Below, piece after piece: positions 1-8,116 of a DNA stretch of 50,264 bases; the stretch's first letter is position 1; the number at the start of each line of letters is the position of its first letter. The stretch is taken from NCBI GenBank assembly GCA_015056475.1, contig SVGF01000001.1:1-50264 (forward strand), written 5' to 3'. The notes under the pieces are model-generated. The model did no database searches. It was not told the DNA's origin and was given only the letters and a program-made list of their open reading frames with translations. Source of the stretch: Clostridiales bacterium. Its GTDB lineage: Bacteria; Bacillota; Clostridia; HGM11327. Position numbers and translations under genes: made by a program.

Positions 1-6
1 ACCGTA

Positions 7-106
7 GGTAAAACTTCACTATCCAAAGGATAACTTCACTTACGCAGTAAACTTCACTTGCCCATAAGGGCAAACTTAGTTAACGGGCACACGCTATAAC
101 TTCGTT
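7..106 (+). repeat. Array of five degenerate direct repeats (core AACTTCACT; variants AACTTAGT, AACTTCGTT) spaced 18-25 bp apart
   Basis: Motif copies start at 12, 32, 50, 73 and 98. Read directly from the sequence. No credible ORF overlaps the array. Confidence 0.5.
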
Positions 107-123
107 ATCGCGCGTGCCCGTTA
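80..123. repeat. Imperfect palindrome (stem-loop) TAACGGGCACACGC-N15-GCGCGTGCCCGTTA
   Basis: The arms are complementary apart from one bulge. The GGGCAC..CGCTA..ATCGC..GTGCCC layout resembles the hairpin at 25187-25224. Confidence 0.55.
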
Positions 124-225
124 TCCGGTGGTCTTTTGTTGTACGTGGTTAGATATAGCATATTATTTTGTAGGATCTTCGCGGAAGAATTTGGAATCCG
201 CCCCTACAATTCGTTCCACATGCTT

Positions 226-268
226 GGCTCGCCCTCAGGGAGAGCTGGCGCTTCGCGCCTGAGAGGGC
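226..268. repeat. GC-rich nested palindromic intergenic element
   Basis: GCCCTC (231-236) pairs with GAGGGC (263-268). An inner GGCGC-TTC-GCGCC hairpin lies at 247-259. It is far more GC-rich than its surroundings. Confidence 0.45.
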
Positions 269-383
269 AATTGTTCATTAATTTATTTCGAGAGCTGACG
301 ACATTCTTGACTGTGCATTTAATCATGGTCATACAAACGGTGGAAGCAAGCCCTGGCTCTACGATATGCACATCAAATAAACA

Positions 384-424
384 AAACTCCCACAGACCTG
401 AGCTTGGTTTGTGGGAGTTTTTTG
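384..424. terminator. Bidirectional rho-independent terminator
   Basis: A 15-bp stem pairs 384-398 with 406-420 (one G:U pair) around a 7-nt loop. There is a T-run on the plus strand and an A-run upstream, which gives a T-run on the minus strand. It lies about 35 nt downstream of the stop of the 459..656 gene. Confidence 0.7.
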
Positions 425-458
425 TTATGATGGACTTAAACTTAAGGCATCACGTTTT

Positions 459-656
459 TTAATGCAGCATTCTGCTTGCCATGGAAACGGTATATTTCCT
501 TGCAATGTCCGGAATTGCAGAAAGCATAGTTCTGCCACCGCAGATAAAACGCTTTTCGGGGGATTTGGATGAACAGCATAGCGGGATAGCGATCATTGCG
601 GCGCCCAAGCCCACAACCAAGCCTAGTCCCGTCATTTCTTTTTTGGTTAGCTTCAT
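459..656 (-). CDS. Small (65 aa) hypothetical membrane-anchored protein
   Basis: AAGGAG lies 8 nt upstream of the ATG. The N-terminus has a hydrophobic helix GLGLVVGLGAAMIAIPLCC. A terminator follows at 384-424. A TTGACT-type promoter-like sequence lies upstream on the minus strand at about 735-765. I recognised no family. Confidence 0.5.
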   Translation of the reverse strand: MKLTKKEMTGLGLVVGLGAAMIAIPLCCSSKSPEKRFICGGRTMLSAIPDIARKYTVSMASRMLH

Positions 657-823
657 AGTTTTTGCTCCTTTTTAGTGACTTCCTTTTGATCGGTAATAGT
701 ATTATTTACGGTATTTGATAAAATATTCAAAAAATACGTTGAGTCAAGCGTTTTTTTCAATAAAAAGCATAGCGATCCTATAACACAAACACCTCTTTGC
801 AGACCGTTTGACAATAAATGTGC

Positions 824-852
824 TTGCATATATCGGCAATTTATGGTATAAT
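824..852 (+). promoter_or_regulatory. Sigma-A type promoter for the ecf-truA operon
   Basis: TTGCAT (824-829), a 17-bp spacer, then TGgTATAAT with the -10 hexamer at 847-852. Confidence 0.6.
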
Positions 853-904
853 AAAATGTAAAGGTTTTTTCCTTTTTATACTATAATTTTATGACGGTAT
901 TGCT

Positions 905-1753
905 ATGGATAATATTATTTCAGTAAAAAACGTAACGTATAAATATGACGACGGCGCAACCTCTCAGGAAGCGGCGCTTGAGGACGTTTCTCTTGACGTT
1001 AAGAGGGGGAGCTTTGTAACCGTTATAGGTCACAACGGCTCGGGAAAATCCACTCTTGCAAAGCATCTTAACGGATTGTTTTTACCGAGTGAGGGCTTTG
1101 TGGTCGTTGACGGAATATATACCACCGACGAGGAACAGATATGGGAAATAAGAAAGGTCGCGGGAATGGTGTTTCAGAATCCCGACAACCAGATGGTTGC
1201 CACCGTTGTTGAGGAGGATGTTGCATTTGCGCTCGAAAATATAGGTATCCCCTCTGAGGAAATACGAAAAAGAGTGGACAACGCGCTTGAAACCGTCGGC
1301 ATGACAAAATTTGCAAAGACCTCACCCAGCCACCTTTCCGGCGGACAAAAGCAGAGAGTTTCCATAGCGGGTGTGCTTGCAATGAAGCCAAAGGTAATTA
1401 TTTTCGACGAGGTCACCGCAATGCTTGATCCCCTCGGCAGAAAGGGAATAATAGATACCGCGCTAAAGCTTAATAAGGAGCTTGGCATTACTATAATAAA
1501 CATCACTCACTATATGGAAGAGGCCATAAATTCCGATGAGATATTCGTTATGAATGACGGTAAATGCGTTGCAAGCGGCACACCGAGGGAGCTTTTTAAG
1601 AGAGTGGATTTCTTAAAGGAGCTTGGGCTCACCGTGCCCGTGGCAACCGATATAGCACACAGACTTAACAGCAAGGGCATCGAGATTCCCTGCAATTTGC
1701 TCACTATGGATGAGCTTACGGAGGCATTATGTCAATTAAAGCAGAAAATTTGA
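905..1753 (+). CDS. ecfA1: ECF transporter ATP-binding subunit EcfA1
   Basis: Walker A GHNGSGKST, ABC signature LSGGQKQR, Walker B IIFDE. It sits in tandem with a second ATPase and EcfT. Confidence 0.9.
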   Translation: MDNIISVKNVTYKYDDGATSQEAALEDVSLDVKRGSFVTVIGHNGSGKSTLAKHLNGLFLPSEGFVVVDGIYTTDEEQIWEIRKVAGMVFQNPDNQMVATVVEEDVAFALENIGIPSEEIRKRVDNALETVGMTKFAKTSPSHLSGGQKQRVSIAGVLAMKPKVIIFDEVTAMLDPLGRKGIIDTALKLNKELGITIINITHYMEEAINSDEIFVMNDGKCVASGTPRELFKRVDFLKELGLTVPVATDIAHRLNSKGIEIPCNLLTMDELTEALCQLKQKI

Positions 1754-2580
1754 CCTACACATATATGAAAGGCACGCCGTTTGAGGCTACCGCTATTGAG
1801 GACGTCAGCTTTGAGATACAGGACGGCGAATTTGTTGCCATAATCGGTCACACAGGCTCGGGTAAATCCACACTCATTCAGATGCTCAACGGCTTGTTAA
1901 AGCCAACGTCGGGCAGAGTGCTTGTTGACAACGTTGCATTTGGTGAATCAAAAAAGGACTTAAAGGAAGTGCGCGGTAAGGTCGGAATAGTATTTCAGTA
2001 CCCCGAGTATCAGCTTTTTGAAGAAACCGTTGCAAAGGACGTTGCATTTGGTCCGCGCAATCAGGGTGTTGACGAGGAAGAGATAGAAAAGAGAGTTAAA
2101 AACGCCATAGAAGATATGGGGCTTGACTACGAGGAGATAAAGGATATGTCCCCGTTTGAGCTTTCGGGTGGACAAAAGCGCAGAGTTGCAATTGCGGGCG
2201 TGCTTGCAATGAAGCCGCAGATAATAGTATTTGACGAGCCCACCGCAGGGCTTGATCCCAAGGGTAGGGAGCTTTTGTTTGCAAGGATCGAAAGACTCAA
2301 AACAAAGGGCAAAACGATCATTCTTGTTTCCCACAGTATGGACGACGTAGCGCGCCTTGCGGACAGAGTATTCGTGATGTATAACGGCAAGCTTGCCGCA
2401 ACGGGCACCCCCAAGGAGATATTCTGTGAGGAGTGCAAGAATTACGGCCTTTATCTTCCTCAGATAACAGAGCTCGTTACAAAATTGAACGGTACGGGCA
2501 AATTCAATATAGATACGGGCGTATTTAACGTTGAAGACGTAGTTGACGAGATAATCAAGGAGATGAACAGCAATGCTTAA
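1729..2580 (+). CDS. ecfA2: ECF transporter ATP-binding subunit EcfA2
   Basis: Walker A GHTGSGKST, signature LSGGQKRR, Walker B IVFDEPT. It overlaps the end of ecfA1 by 25 nt. Confidence 0.9.
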   Translation: MSIKAENLTYTYMKGTPFEATAIEDVSFEIQDGEFVAIIGHTGSGKSTLIQMLNGLLKPTSGRVLVDNVAFGESKKDLKEVRGKVGIVFQYPEYQLFEETVAKDVAFGPRNQGVDEEEIEKRVKNAIEDMGLDYEEIKDMSPFELSGGQKRRVAIAGVLAMKPQIIVFDEPTAGLDPKGRELLFARIERLKTKGKTIILVSHSMDDVARLADRVFVMYNGKLAATGTPKEIFCEECKNYGLYLPQITELVTKLNGTGKFNIDTGVFNVEDVVDEIIKEMNSNA

Positions 2581-3376
2581 CGATATTACTTTTGGACAGT
2601 TCTATCCATCAAACAGCTTGGTTCACAAAATGGACCCGAGATTTAAGCTCGTTATAACGTTTGCGTTCATCATAGTGCTGTTTTTAATAAATTCCATTCC
2701 GGGGTACCTTACCGCAACCGTATTTGTGCTCATTTCAATATTCGCATCCCGAGTACCGATAAAGCTTTTAGCAAAAAACTTAAAGCCGTTGTGGTTCGTG
2801 CTGATATTCATGTTCGTATTGAATGTGTTTTTGACGCGTACGGGAAACGTGCTTTTGAGCTTCTGGGTGGTAAAAATTACGGATGAGGGCTTGTTGAGAG
2901 CTGTTGTAATGCTCATAAGGCTTGTAATGCTCATATTCTTTACAGGTTTATTGACGTTGACTACCTCACCCATTCAGTTGACCGTGGGCATTGAGTCGCT
3001 TTTCAGCCCGCTTAAAAGGATAGGCTTTCCTGCGCACGAAATGGCTATGATGATGACCATTGCGCTCAGATTTATTCCCACTCTCATTGAAGAAACGGAT
3101 AAAATAATGAAAGCGCAGATGGCACGCGGCGCCAGCTTTGATACAGGAAATCTTATGCAGAAGGCAAAGAGCATGATCCCGTTGCTCATACCGCTTTTCG
3201 TTAGCGCATTCAGGCGTGCCGACGAGCTTGCGTTGGCGATGACTTCAAGATGCTACCGCGGCGGTGAAGGAAGAACAAGAATGAATCCTCTCAAAACGGG
3301 AGCTGTTGACTGGATAGCATCCGCTGTTACTGCAATATTCTGCGGATTAATGATTGCAATAGACTTGATACTTTAA
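2573..3376 (+). CDS. ecfT: ECF transporter transmembrane (T) component EcfT
   Basis: A 267-aa polytopic membrane protein that overlaps ecfA2 by 8 nt. It carries Arg-containing coupling-helix-like motifs (KAQMARGASF, FRRADELALAM). Confidence 0.9.
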   Translation: MLNDITFGQFYPSNSLVHKMDPRFKLVITFAFIIVLFLINSIPGYLTATVFVLISIFASRVPIKLLAKNLKPLWFVLIFMFVLNVFLTRTGNVLLSFWVVKITDEGLLRAVVMLIRLVMLIFFTGLLTLTTSPIQLTVGIESLFSPLKRIGFPAHEMAMMMTIALRFIPTLIEETDKIMKAQMARGASFDTGNLMQKAKSMIPLLIPLFVSAFRRADELALAMTSRCYRGGEGRTRMNPLKTGAVDWIASAVTAIFCGLMIAIDLIL

Positions 3377-3377
3377 T

Positions 3378-4109
3378 ATGAGAAATATTGTTTTGATCGT
3401 TGAGTATGACGGCACAGATTACTGCGGATGGCAGATCCAGCCAAACGGAGTTACCGTACAGCAATGCATTACCGATATACTGTGCGCAATAGAAGGTAAG
3501 CCTGTGCAACTAAACGGCGCAGGCAGGACTGATGCCGGAGTGCATTCAAGAGGGCAGGTAGCAAATTTCTTTACCGAAAGCAGAATCCCTGCCGACAAAT
3601 ATCGCGCTGCGCTCAATTCCCAACTCCCCGAAAGCATAAGAATAATAAAAAGCTTTGAGGCGGATGCGGATTTTCACCCCAGATTTTCCGCAAAGAAAAA
3701 GACCTACAAATACTATATCCGAAATTCCGACTTTTCAAGTGCGCTTACATGCCGATACGAGCACACGGTTTCGGGCAAGCTTGATACCGACAAAATGTCA
3801 CTTGCATGCAAGTATCTGATCGGTGAGCATGATTTTGCTTCATTTATGGCATCGGGAAGCACAGTAAGTGACACCGTAAGGACTATATACGAAGCGGATA
3901 TTGCAGTTGACGGCTCGCTGATAACGTTTACCGTTACGGGCAACGGCTTTTTGTATAAAATGGTGAGGCTTATAGTCGGTGCACTTATTGAGATAGCAAG
4001 GGGGAAATTTCCTCCGGAGCATATGCTCGACCTCATAGAAAAAAGGCAAAAGGCAACCCTTGCCGCACCCGCAAAGGGCTTGTTTATGCACAGCATAGAA
4101 TACAGGTGA
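3378..4109 (+). CDS. truA: tRNA pseudouridine(38-40) synthase TruA
   Basis: EYDGTDYCGWQIQPN and the GAGRTDAGVHSRGQV catalytic-Asp motif. The position after ecfT is the typical one. Confidence 0.9.
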   Translation: MRNIVLIVEYDGTDYCGWQIQPNGVTVQQCITDILCAIEGKPVQLNGAGRTDAGVHSRGQVANFFTESRIPADKYRAALNSQLPESIRIIKSFEADADFHPRFSAKKKTYKYYIRNSDFSSALTCRYEHTVSGKLDTDKMSLACKYLIGEHDFASFMASGSTVSDTVRTIYEADIAVDGSLITFTVTGNGFLYKMVRLIVGALIEIARGKFPPEHMLDLIEKRQKATLAAPAKGLFMHSIEYR

Positions 4110-4112
4110 ACT

Positions 4113-4784
4113 ATGATAAAAGCTATACTTATAGATATTGACAATACCCTGCTCGATTTTGATGCCTCTGCGCGCCTTGCAATAGAGGAAGGCTTTGCAA
4201 AGAGAGGTATTGATTTTTCCGATAACGTTATAGACGTATTTCACAGAATAAACAATTCTCTCTGGAAGAGGCTTGAAAATGGTGAGCTTACAAAGCAGGG
4301 ACTTTTTGACATAAGATGGAACACGATTTTTGAGGCGCTCGGTGTTAAAGCTGACGGAATAGAATTTGAAGCGTACTTCAGAGCGTATTTGTTTGACAGC
4401 GCAGTTCAAATGGACGGCGCACTGGATCTGCTGAAATATCTCGCATCAAAATATGACGTTTATGCCGCAAGCAACGGCACACACGCTCAGCAGATAAACA
4501 GACTTACCCGCGCAGGAATGATCGATATGCTAAAAAACGTGTTCACCTCGCAAGCACTTGGAGTGCAAAAGCCCGAAAAGGAGTTTTTTCACAAATGCCT
4601 TGAGCAGATGAATTGTGCTCCGCAAGAGGTGATGATGATAGGTGACTCACTTTCTGCAGACATTGGCGGTGCGAAGAACGCAGGGCTTATGACCTGCTGG
4701 TTTGACGTGAAAAAGACATCAAACGGAAACAGCATTGCAGACCATACGGTAACAGAGTTAAACGATATAAAACAGATATTATAA
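4113..4784 (+). CDS. HAD-IA family hydrolase (YjjG-like nucleotidase type)
   Basis: Motif I is DIDNTLLDF and the C-terminal motif is GDSLSADIGGAKNAG. The gene starts 4 nt after truA. Confidence 0.75.
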   Translation: MIKAILIDIDNTLLDFDASARLAIEEGFAKRGIDFSDNVIDVFHRINNSLWKRLENGELTKQGLFDIRWNTIFEALGVKADGIEFEAYFRAYLFDSAVQMDGALDLLKYLASKYDVYAASNGTHAQQINRLTRAGMIDMLKNVFTSQALGVQKPEKEFFHKCLEQMNCAPQEVMMIGDSLSADIGGAKNAGLMTCWFDVKKTSNGNSIADHTVTELNDIKQIL

Positions 4785-4789
4785 AATAA

Positions 4790-4828
4790 AAAGAGATAAC
4801 TAATGGATATCCATTCAGTTATCTCTTT
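4790..4828. terminator. Bidirectional terminator between convergent genes
   Basis: The AAAGAGATAACT / AGTTATCTCTTT stem encloses the perfect palindrome AATGGATATCCATT. Both sides are flanked by A/T runs. Confidence 0.7.
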
Positions 4829-4833
4829 ATTAT

Positions 4834-5568
4834 TTACGTATCAATACATTTTTGTATAAACTCACAAGCATCCTCAACTACGTATGAAGCAGCGTCCTTT
4901 ACCTCGTCGGGGGAGGATGCCATTGCCGCGGAATATTTGGCATTCTTTAGCATTTTTACGTCGTTCAGGTAATTTCCTATTGCGGCGGTGTCAAACTTAT
5001 TCATAAACAATCTCATTTGCAGATCTGAAAGTGCTGTGCCCTTTTGCGCAACGCTTGAAACGTACTCTATACAGCCGTCGCTCAACGCGCAAAGCCTTGC
5101 ACCCGTTATCTGAAGAACTTTTATGCTTGCTCTGCCGTATATTCCAACCTTATAAATTAGGTCCTTTATCTCATATAACCCCTTTATCGGCACGATGTTC
5201 AGGCTTTTGACAAATTCATTCGGTTTTCCAATGCAATAGCAATTATCCTTTGAATAAAACGCTATACAGCCAATATCCGTGCCGTAAGCCTGCACCAGCG
5301 ACCTTACAACGTCCGTCTGCATGGGCTGATGAAAGAGTCTTGCGCCGTTTTTAACGGTCAGAGCGCCGTCGTGCGCAATAAAATATACGTCGTTCTTAAT
5401 CGGCGCAAACAGCTCTGCAAGGTCCTCGTATGACCTACCCGAAGCAATGGCAAACTTTATGCCCTTTTGTATAGCGGATGTGATTGAGGTAATGACCTTT
5501 TGAGATGGAGCAGTTTGCCCGTTTGTAAGCAGAGTGCCGTCAACGTCGCTTACGATTAATTTGACCAT
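4834..5568 (-). CDS. Cof-type HAD-IIB sugar phosphatase
   Basis: MVKLIVSDVDGTLL motif I. I moved the start to the ATG at 5568, which is preceded by AAAGGAAA. The longer ORF-track start at 5628 lacks an RBS. Confidence 0.8.
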   Translation of the reverse strand: MVKLIVSDVDGTLLTNGQTAPSQKVITSITSAIQKGIKFAIASGRSYEDLAELFAPIKNDVYFIAHDGALTVKNGARLFHQPMQTDVVRSLVQAYGTDIGCIAFYSKDNCYCIGKPNEFVKSLNIVPIKGLYEIKDLIYKVGIYGRASIKVLQITGARLCALSDGCIEYVSSVAQKGTALSDLQMRLFMNKFDTAAIGNYLNDVKMLKNAKYSAAMASSPDEVKDAASYVVEDACEFIQKCIDT

Positions 5569-5684
5569 ATGCGTTTCCTTTCGTTTGTTGTACCCTATAA
5601 TTATAGCACAAAATTGCAATATGTTCAATAGTAAACGCGCCTTTATTTTTTATGAATTATAGTTCTATTATAATGATTATCTTA

Positions 5685-5713
5685 TTGACAAACAAAAACG
5701 TATGTGCTATAAT
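5685..5713 (+). promoter_or_regulatory. Consensus promoter for the GH29 gene
   Basis: TTGACA (5685-5690), a 17-bp spacer, then TGcTATAAT with the -10 hexamer at 5708-5713. Confidence 0.65.
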
Positions 5714-5744
5714 GTTTATAATCTTAATGTTAAGGAGTAATTAT

Positions 5745-6953
5745 ATGATCGTAAAGCAATACATCAAGGATTTTGAAAAGCTCGGCTTTGGTATGTTCGT
5801 TCATTTTGGCCTTTACAGCACTATGTGCAGGGGCGAATGGATAAAGCATATGGACAATATACCGCAGGAAGAATATCAAAAGGCATTGGCAAATTTTAAG
5901 GTAAGCAAAAATTGGGCACACGAGCTGGTGCGTCACGCAAAGATCGCGGGCTGTAAGTACATCACCATCACCACACGCCATCACGACGGCTTCTCGCTGT
6001 ATGATACTTGTGGCTTGAATGAATACGATGCGCCTCATTCTGCTGCCGGCAGAGATCTTATAAGAGAATTTGTTGACGAATGTAATAAGCAGGGAATAGT
6101 CCCATTCTTCTATCACACACTTATTGACTGGTGGCATCCCGAATTCAGCACTGAGGATGAAGGTAAATTCAAGAGATACCTTAAGTATCTTCGTGACAGC
6201 GTAGAGATCCTCTGCACAAAATACGGCAAGATAGGTGGCTTGTGGTTTGACGGCTGGTGGGGCAACAAGACCGGTGATTGGGAGTTTGACGAGCTTTATG
6301 CACTTATAAGAAAGCATCAGCCCGAAGCAATGATAATCAACAACACAGGTATGGGTGATGAGATCGGCACGGTTGGTCATCCCGAAATTGACAGCGTTAC
6401 ATACGAGAGAGGCAAGCCCAGAGCCATGGATTATTCAAACTGCCCCAAGTACGTTGCAAGTGAAATGTGCGAGGTTTTCGGTGAAACGTGGGGCTTTGCA
6501 AACAGAGATCTTTCATACAAGCCCGTAAGCCAGATATTGAAAACTCTTATCTATTGCAGACGCGTTAAAGCAAATCTGCTTTTGAATATTGGTCCCATGG
6601 GTAACGGATTGCTTTGCGATATCGACAAGGGTTATCTTAAAAAGATCGGTGAATGGACAAAGAAGAACGATCCCGCCATCCGTGACGTTGACTACGTTGA
6701 TACGTTTGTAAGCGGTGAAGACGACTTTGTTATGTACGACAATACAAACAAATGCTACTACCTCTTTATTTACAACTCAAACGGCGAAGATATCTCCTTT
6801 GACATCGATAAGAAGGTTAAGTCCATCACTTACCTTGACAACGGCGAAAAGGTAGAATTTGCTCAGGAGTCAAACAGAGTAACGTTCAATAAGGCTAAAT
6901 TTATTTATGCCATCAACTACATTGTAAGAGTTGTTAAGATAGACGTTGAATAA
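5745..6953 (+). CDS. Alpha-L-fucosidase, GH29 family
   Basis: FGMFVHFGLYS and TTRHHDGFSLYD motifs. I chose the start at 5745 because AAGGAG lies at 5732-5737. No signal peptide is evident. Confidence 0.85.
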   Translation: MIVKQYIKDFEKLGFGMFVHFGLYSTMCRGEWIKHMDNIPQEEYQKALANFKVSKNWAHELVRHAKIAGCKYITITTRHHDGFSLYDTCGLNEYDAPHSAAGRDLIREFVDECNKQGIVPFFYHTLIDWWHPEFSTEDEGKFKRYLKYLRDSVEILCTKYGKIGGLWFDGWWGNKTGDWEFDELYALIRKHQPEAMIINNTGMGDEIGTVGHPEIDSVTYERGKPRAMDYSNCPKYVASEMCEVFGETWGFANRDLSYKPVSQILKTLIYCRRVKANLLLNIGPMGNGLLCDIDKGYLKKIGEWTKKNDPAIRDVDYVDTFVSGEDDFVMYDNTNKCYYLFIYNSNGEDISFDIDKKVKSITYLDNGEKVEFAQESNRVTFNKAKFIYAINYIVRVVKIDVE

Positions 6954-6965
6954 TTATATAGCAAC

Positions 6966-6998
6966 AGCCTCCGAAAAAATTTCGGAGGCTGATTTTTT
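6966..6998. terminator. Bidirectional rho-independent terminator
   Basis: AGCCTCCGAAA-AAA-TTTCGGAGGCT followed by TTTTTT. Confidence 0.8.
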
Positions 6999-7001
6999 GA
7001 T

Positions 7002-8078
7002 TTAATTTGGCTTTGTAACAACGGTTACGGTTTCTGCAATTTTAGCATGAATAATATCACCAACAATTGTTAAACAAAGTTCTTCTCTTGCAACGTTCTG
7101 TTCAAGATCGTGTATTGAAACACAGTTATACTGCTCCAAATAATTTCTTGCATATGACTTATAATCATTCCATTCAAGCACAATACCTTCAGTTCTTGCA
7201 ATCGCAAGGAGCACAAGCTCGTCTTTGACAACATCTTCGCACTGATTCTTTATCTCTTCCATAAACTCGTCGTACGTTTTGTTGGTCATTATCTCAACAA
7301 AAATATCAAAAGTACTGCTTGGAAAGGTCTTTTGCCAGAGCTCTTTGATATAAGCCAACGATTGTTCCTCATAGAAATCCATTCTGTCCTGAGGCAAGGA
7401 CTTTATGGTTGCATTGTCAAGAACCATCTCCCATACGTAGTACGTAAAGTTATTTTCCGCGTTTGCTATATTTGTGTTTGTGAGCCTTTCTGTGATATAA
7501 GTTTTGAAATTCTCTACGCTGTTGTAGCCAAGCTTTTCATACACAAGCTCATCAGTCAATTCGGGAAATTCCTTTGTGTAAAAGTCTTCAACCTTTATCA
7601 TATATCTGACCTTTTGTCCCCTAAGGTCTTGGTTCCGGAAATCATCAGGATATATGATCTCTATTGTGTACGCCTCACCTTTTCGCTTGCCTATCGCGCT
7701 ATCCTCAAATTCCTCAATAAACTCCAGAGAGCCTATCTGGAATTCATAATTTTCTCCGCTCAGACCGTCTCTTTTCACACCAAGATAATAACCGTCGTAT
7801 GTAAGCTTTACAAAATCGCCATCACTCACAGTCGTTTTACCTGTAGGCGTTATAACGGAATTTGCATCAAGGAAGCTATCAATAACTTCTTGGATTTCCT
7901 TTTCTGTCGGCGCGGGATCACGCACTTCCAACGTCAGATCCGTATACTGACCGAGAGTAACGTACTCAAAAACGTCATAATCATAATACGTTTGAAGCAT
8001 ATCGCCTTTTTCACAGCCAACACTTGCAACAATACAAGCTACCACAAGCAAAACTGCCGCTATTCTTTTTATCATCAT
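7002..8078 (-). CDS. Lipoprotein with trigger-factor-like FKBP PPIase and chaperone domains
   Basis: Signal peptide with the lipobox ASVGC. The central segment DGDFVKLTYDGY...GQKVRYMIKVEDF resembles the trigger factor PPIase domain. Confidence 0.6.
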   Translation of the reverse strand: MMIKRIAAVLLVVACIVASVGCEKGDMLQTYYDYDVFEYVTLGQYTDLTLEVRDPAPTEKEIQEVIDSFLDANSVITPTGKTTVSDGDFVKLTYDGYYLGVKRDGLSGENYEFQIGSLEFIEEFEDSAIGKRKGEAYTIEIIYPDDFRNQDLRGQKVRYMIKVEDFYTKEFPELTDELVYEKLGYNSVENFKTYITERLTNTNIANAENNFTYYVWEMVLDNATIKSLPQDRMDFYEEQSLAYIKELWQKTFPSSTFDIFVEIMTNKTYDEFMEEIKNQCEDVVKDELVLLAIARTEGIVLEWNDYKSYARNYLEQYNCVSIHDLEQNVAREELCLTIVGDIIHAKIAETVTVVTKPN

Positions 8079-8116
8079 TTTTATCCTTTCTTGAGGAAAT
8101 ACCTCTTGAACTAAAT

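Noticed and set aside
7-106. CRISPR array
   Set aside because: The repeats are only about 9 nt long, degenerate, and 18-25 bp apart. There are no cas genes. This is not CRISPR-like.
136-462. 108-aa ORF at the left end, and the similar 79-aa ORF at 38150..38389
   Set aside because: Both are read-throughs of GC-rich palindromic repeat elements and terminator hairpins. Neither has an RBS, and their translations reflect the repeat structure rather than a protein.
7332-8114. 260-aa plus-strand ORF antisense to the lipoprotein PPIase gene
   Set aside because: The same reasoning applies here. It also applies to 39643..40359 (antisense to hom), 5730..6380 (antisense to GH29), 3840..4409, 35972..36520 and the other internal ORFs in the track.
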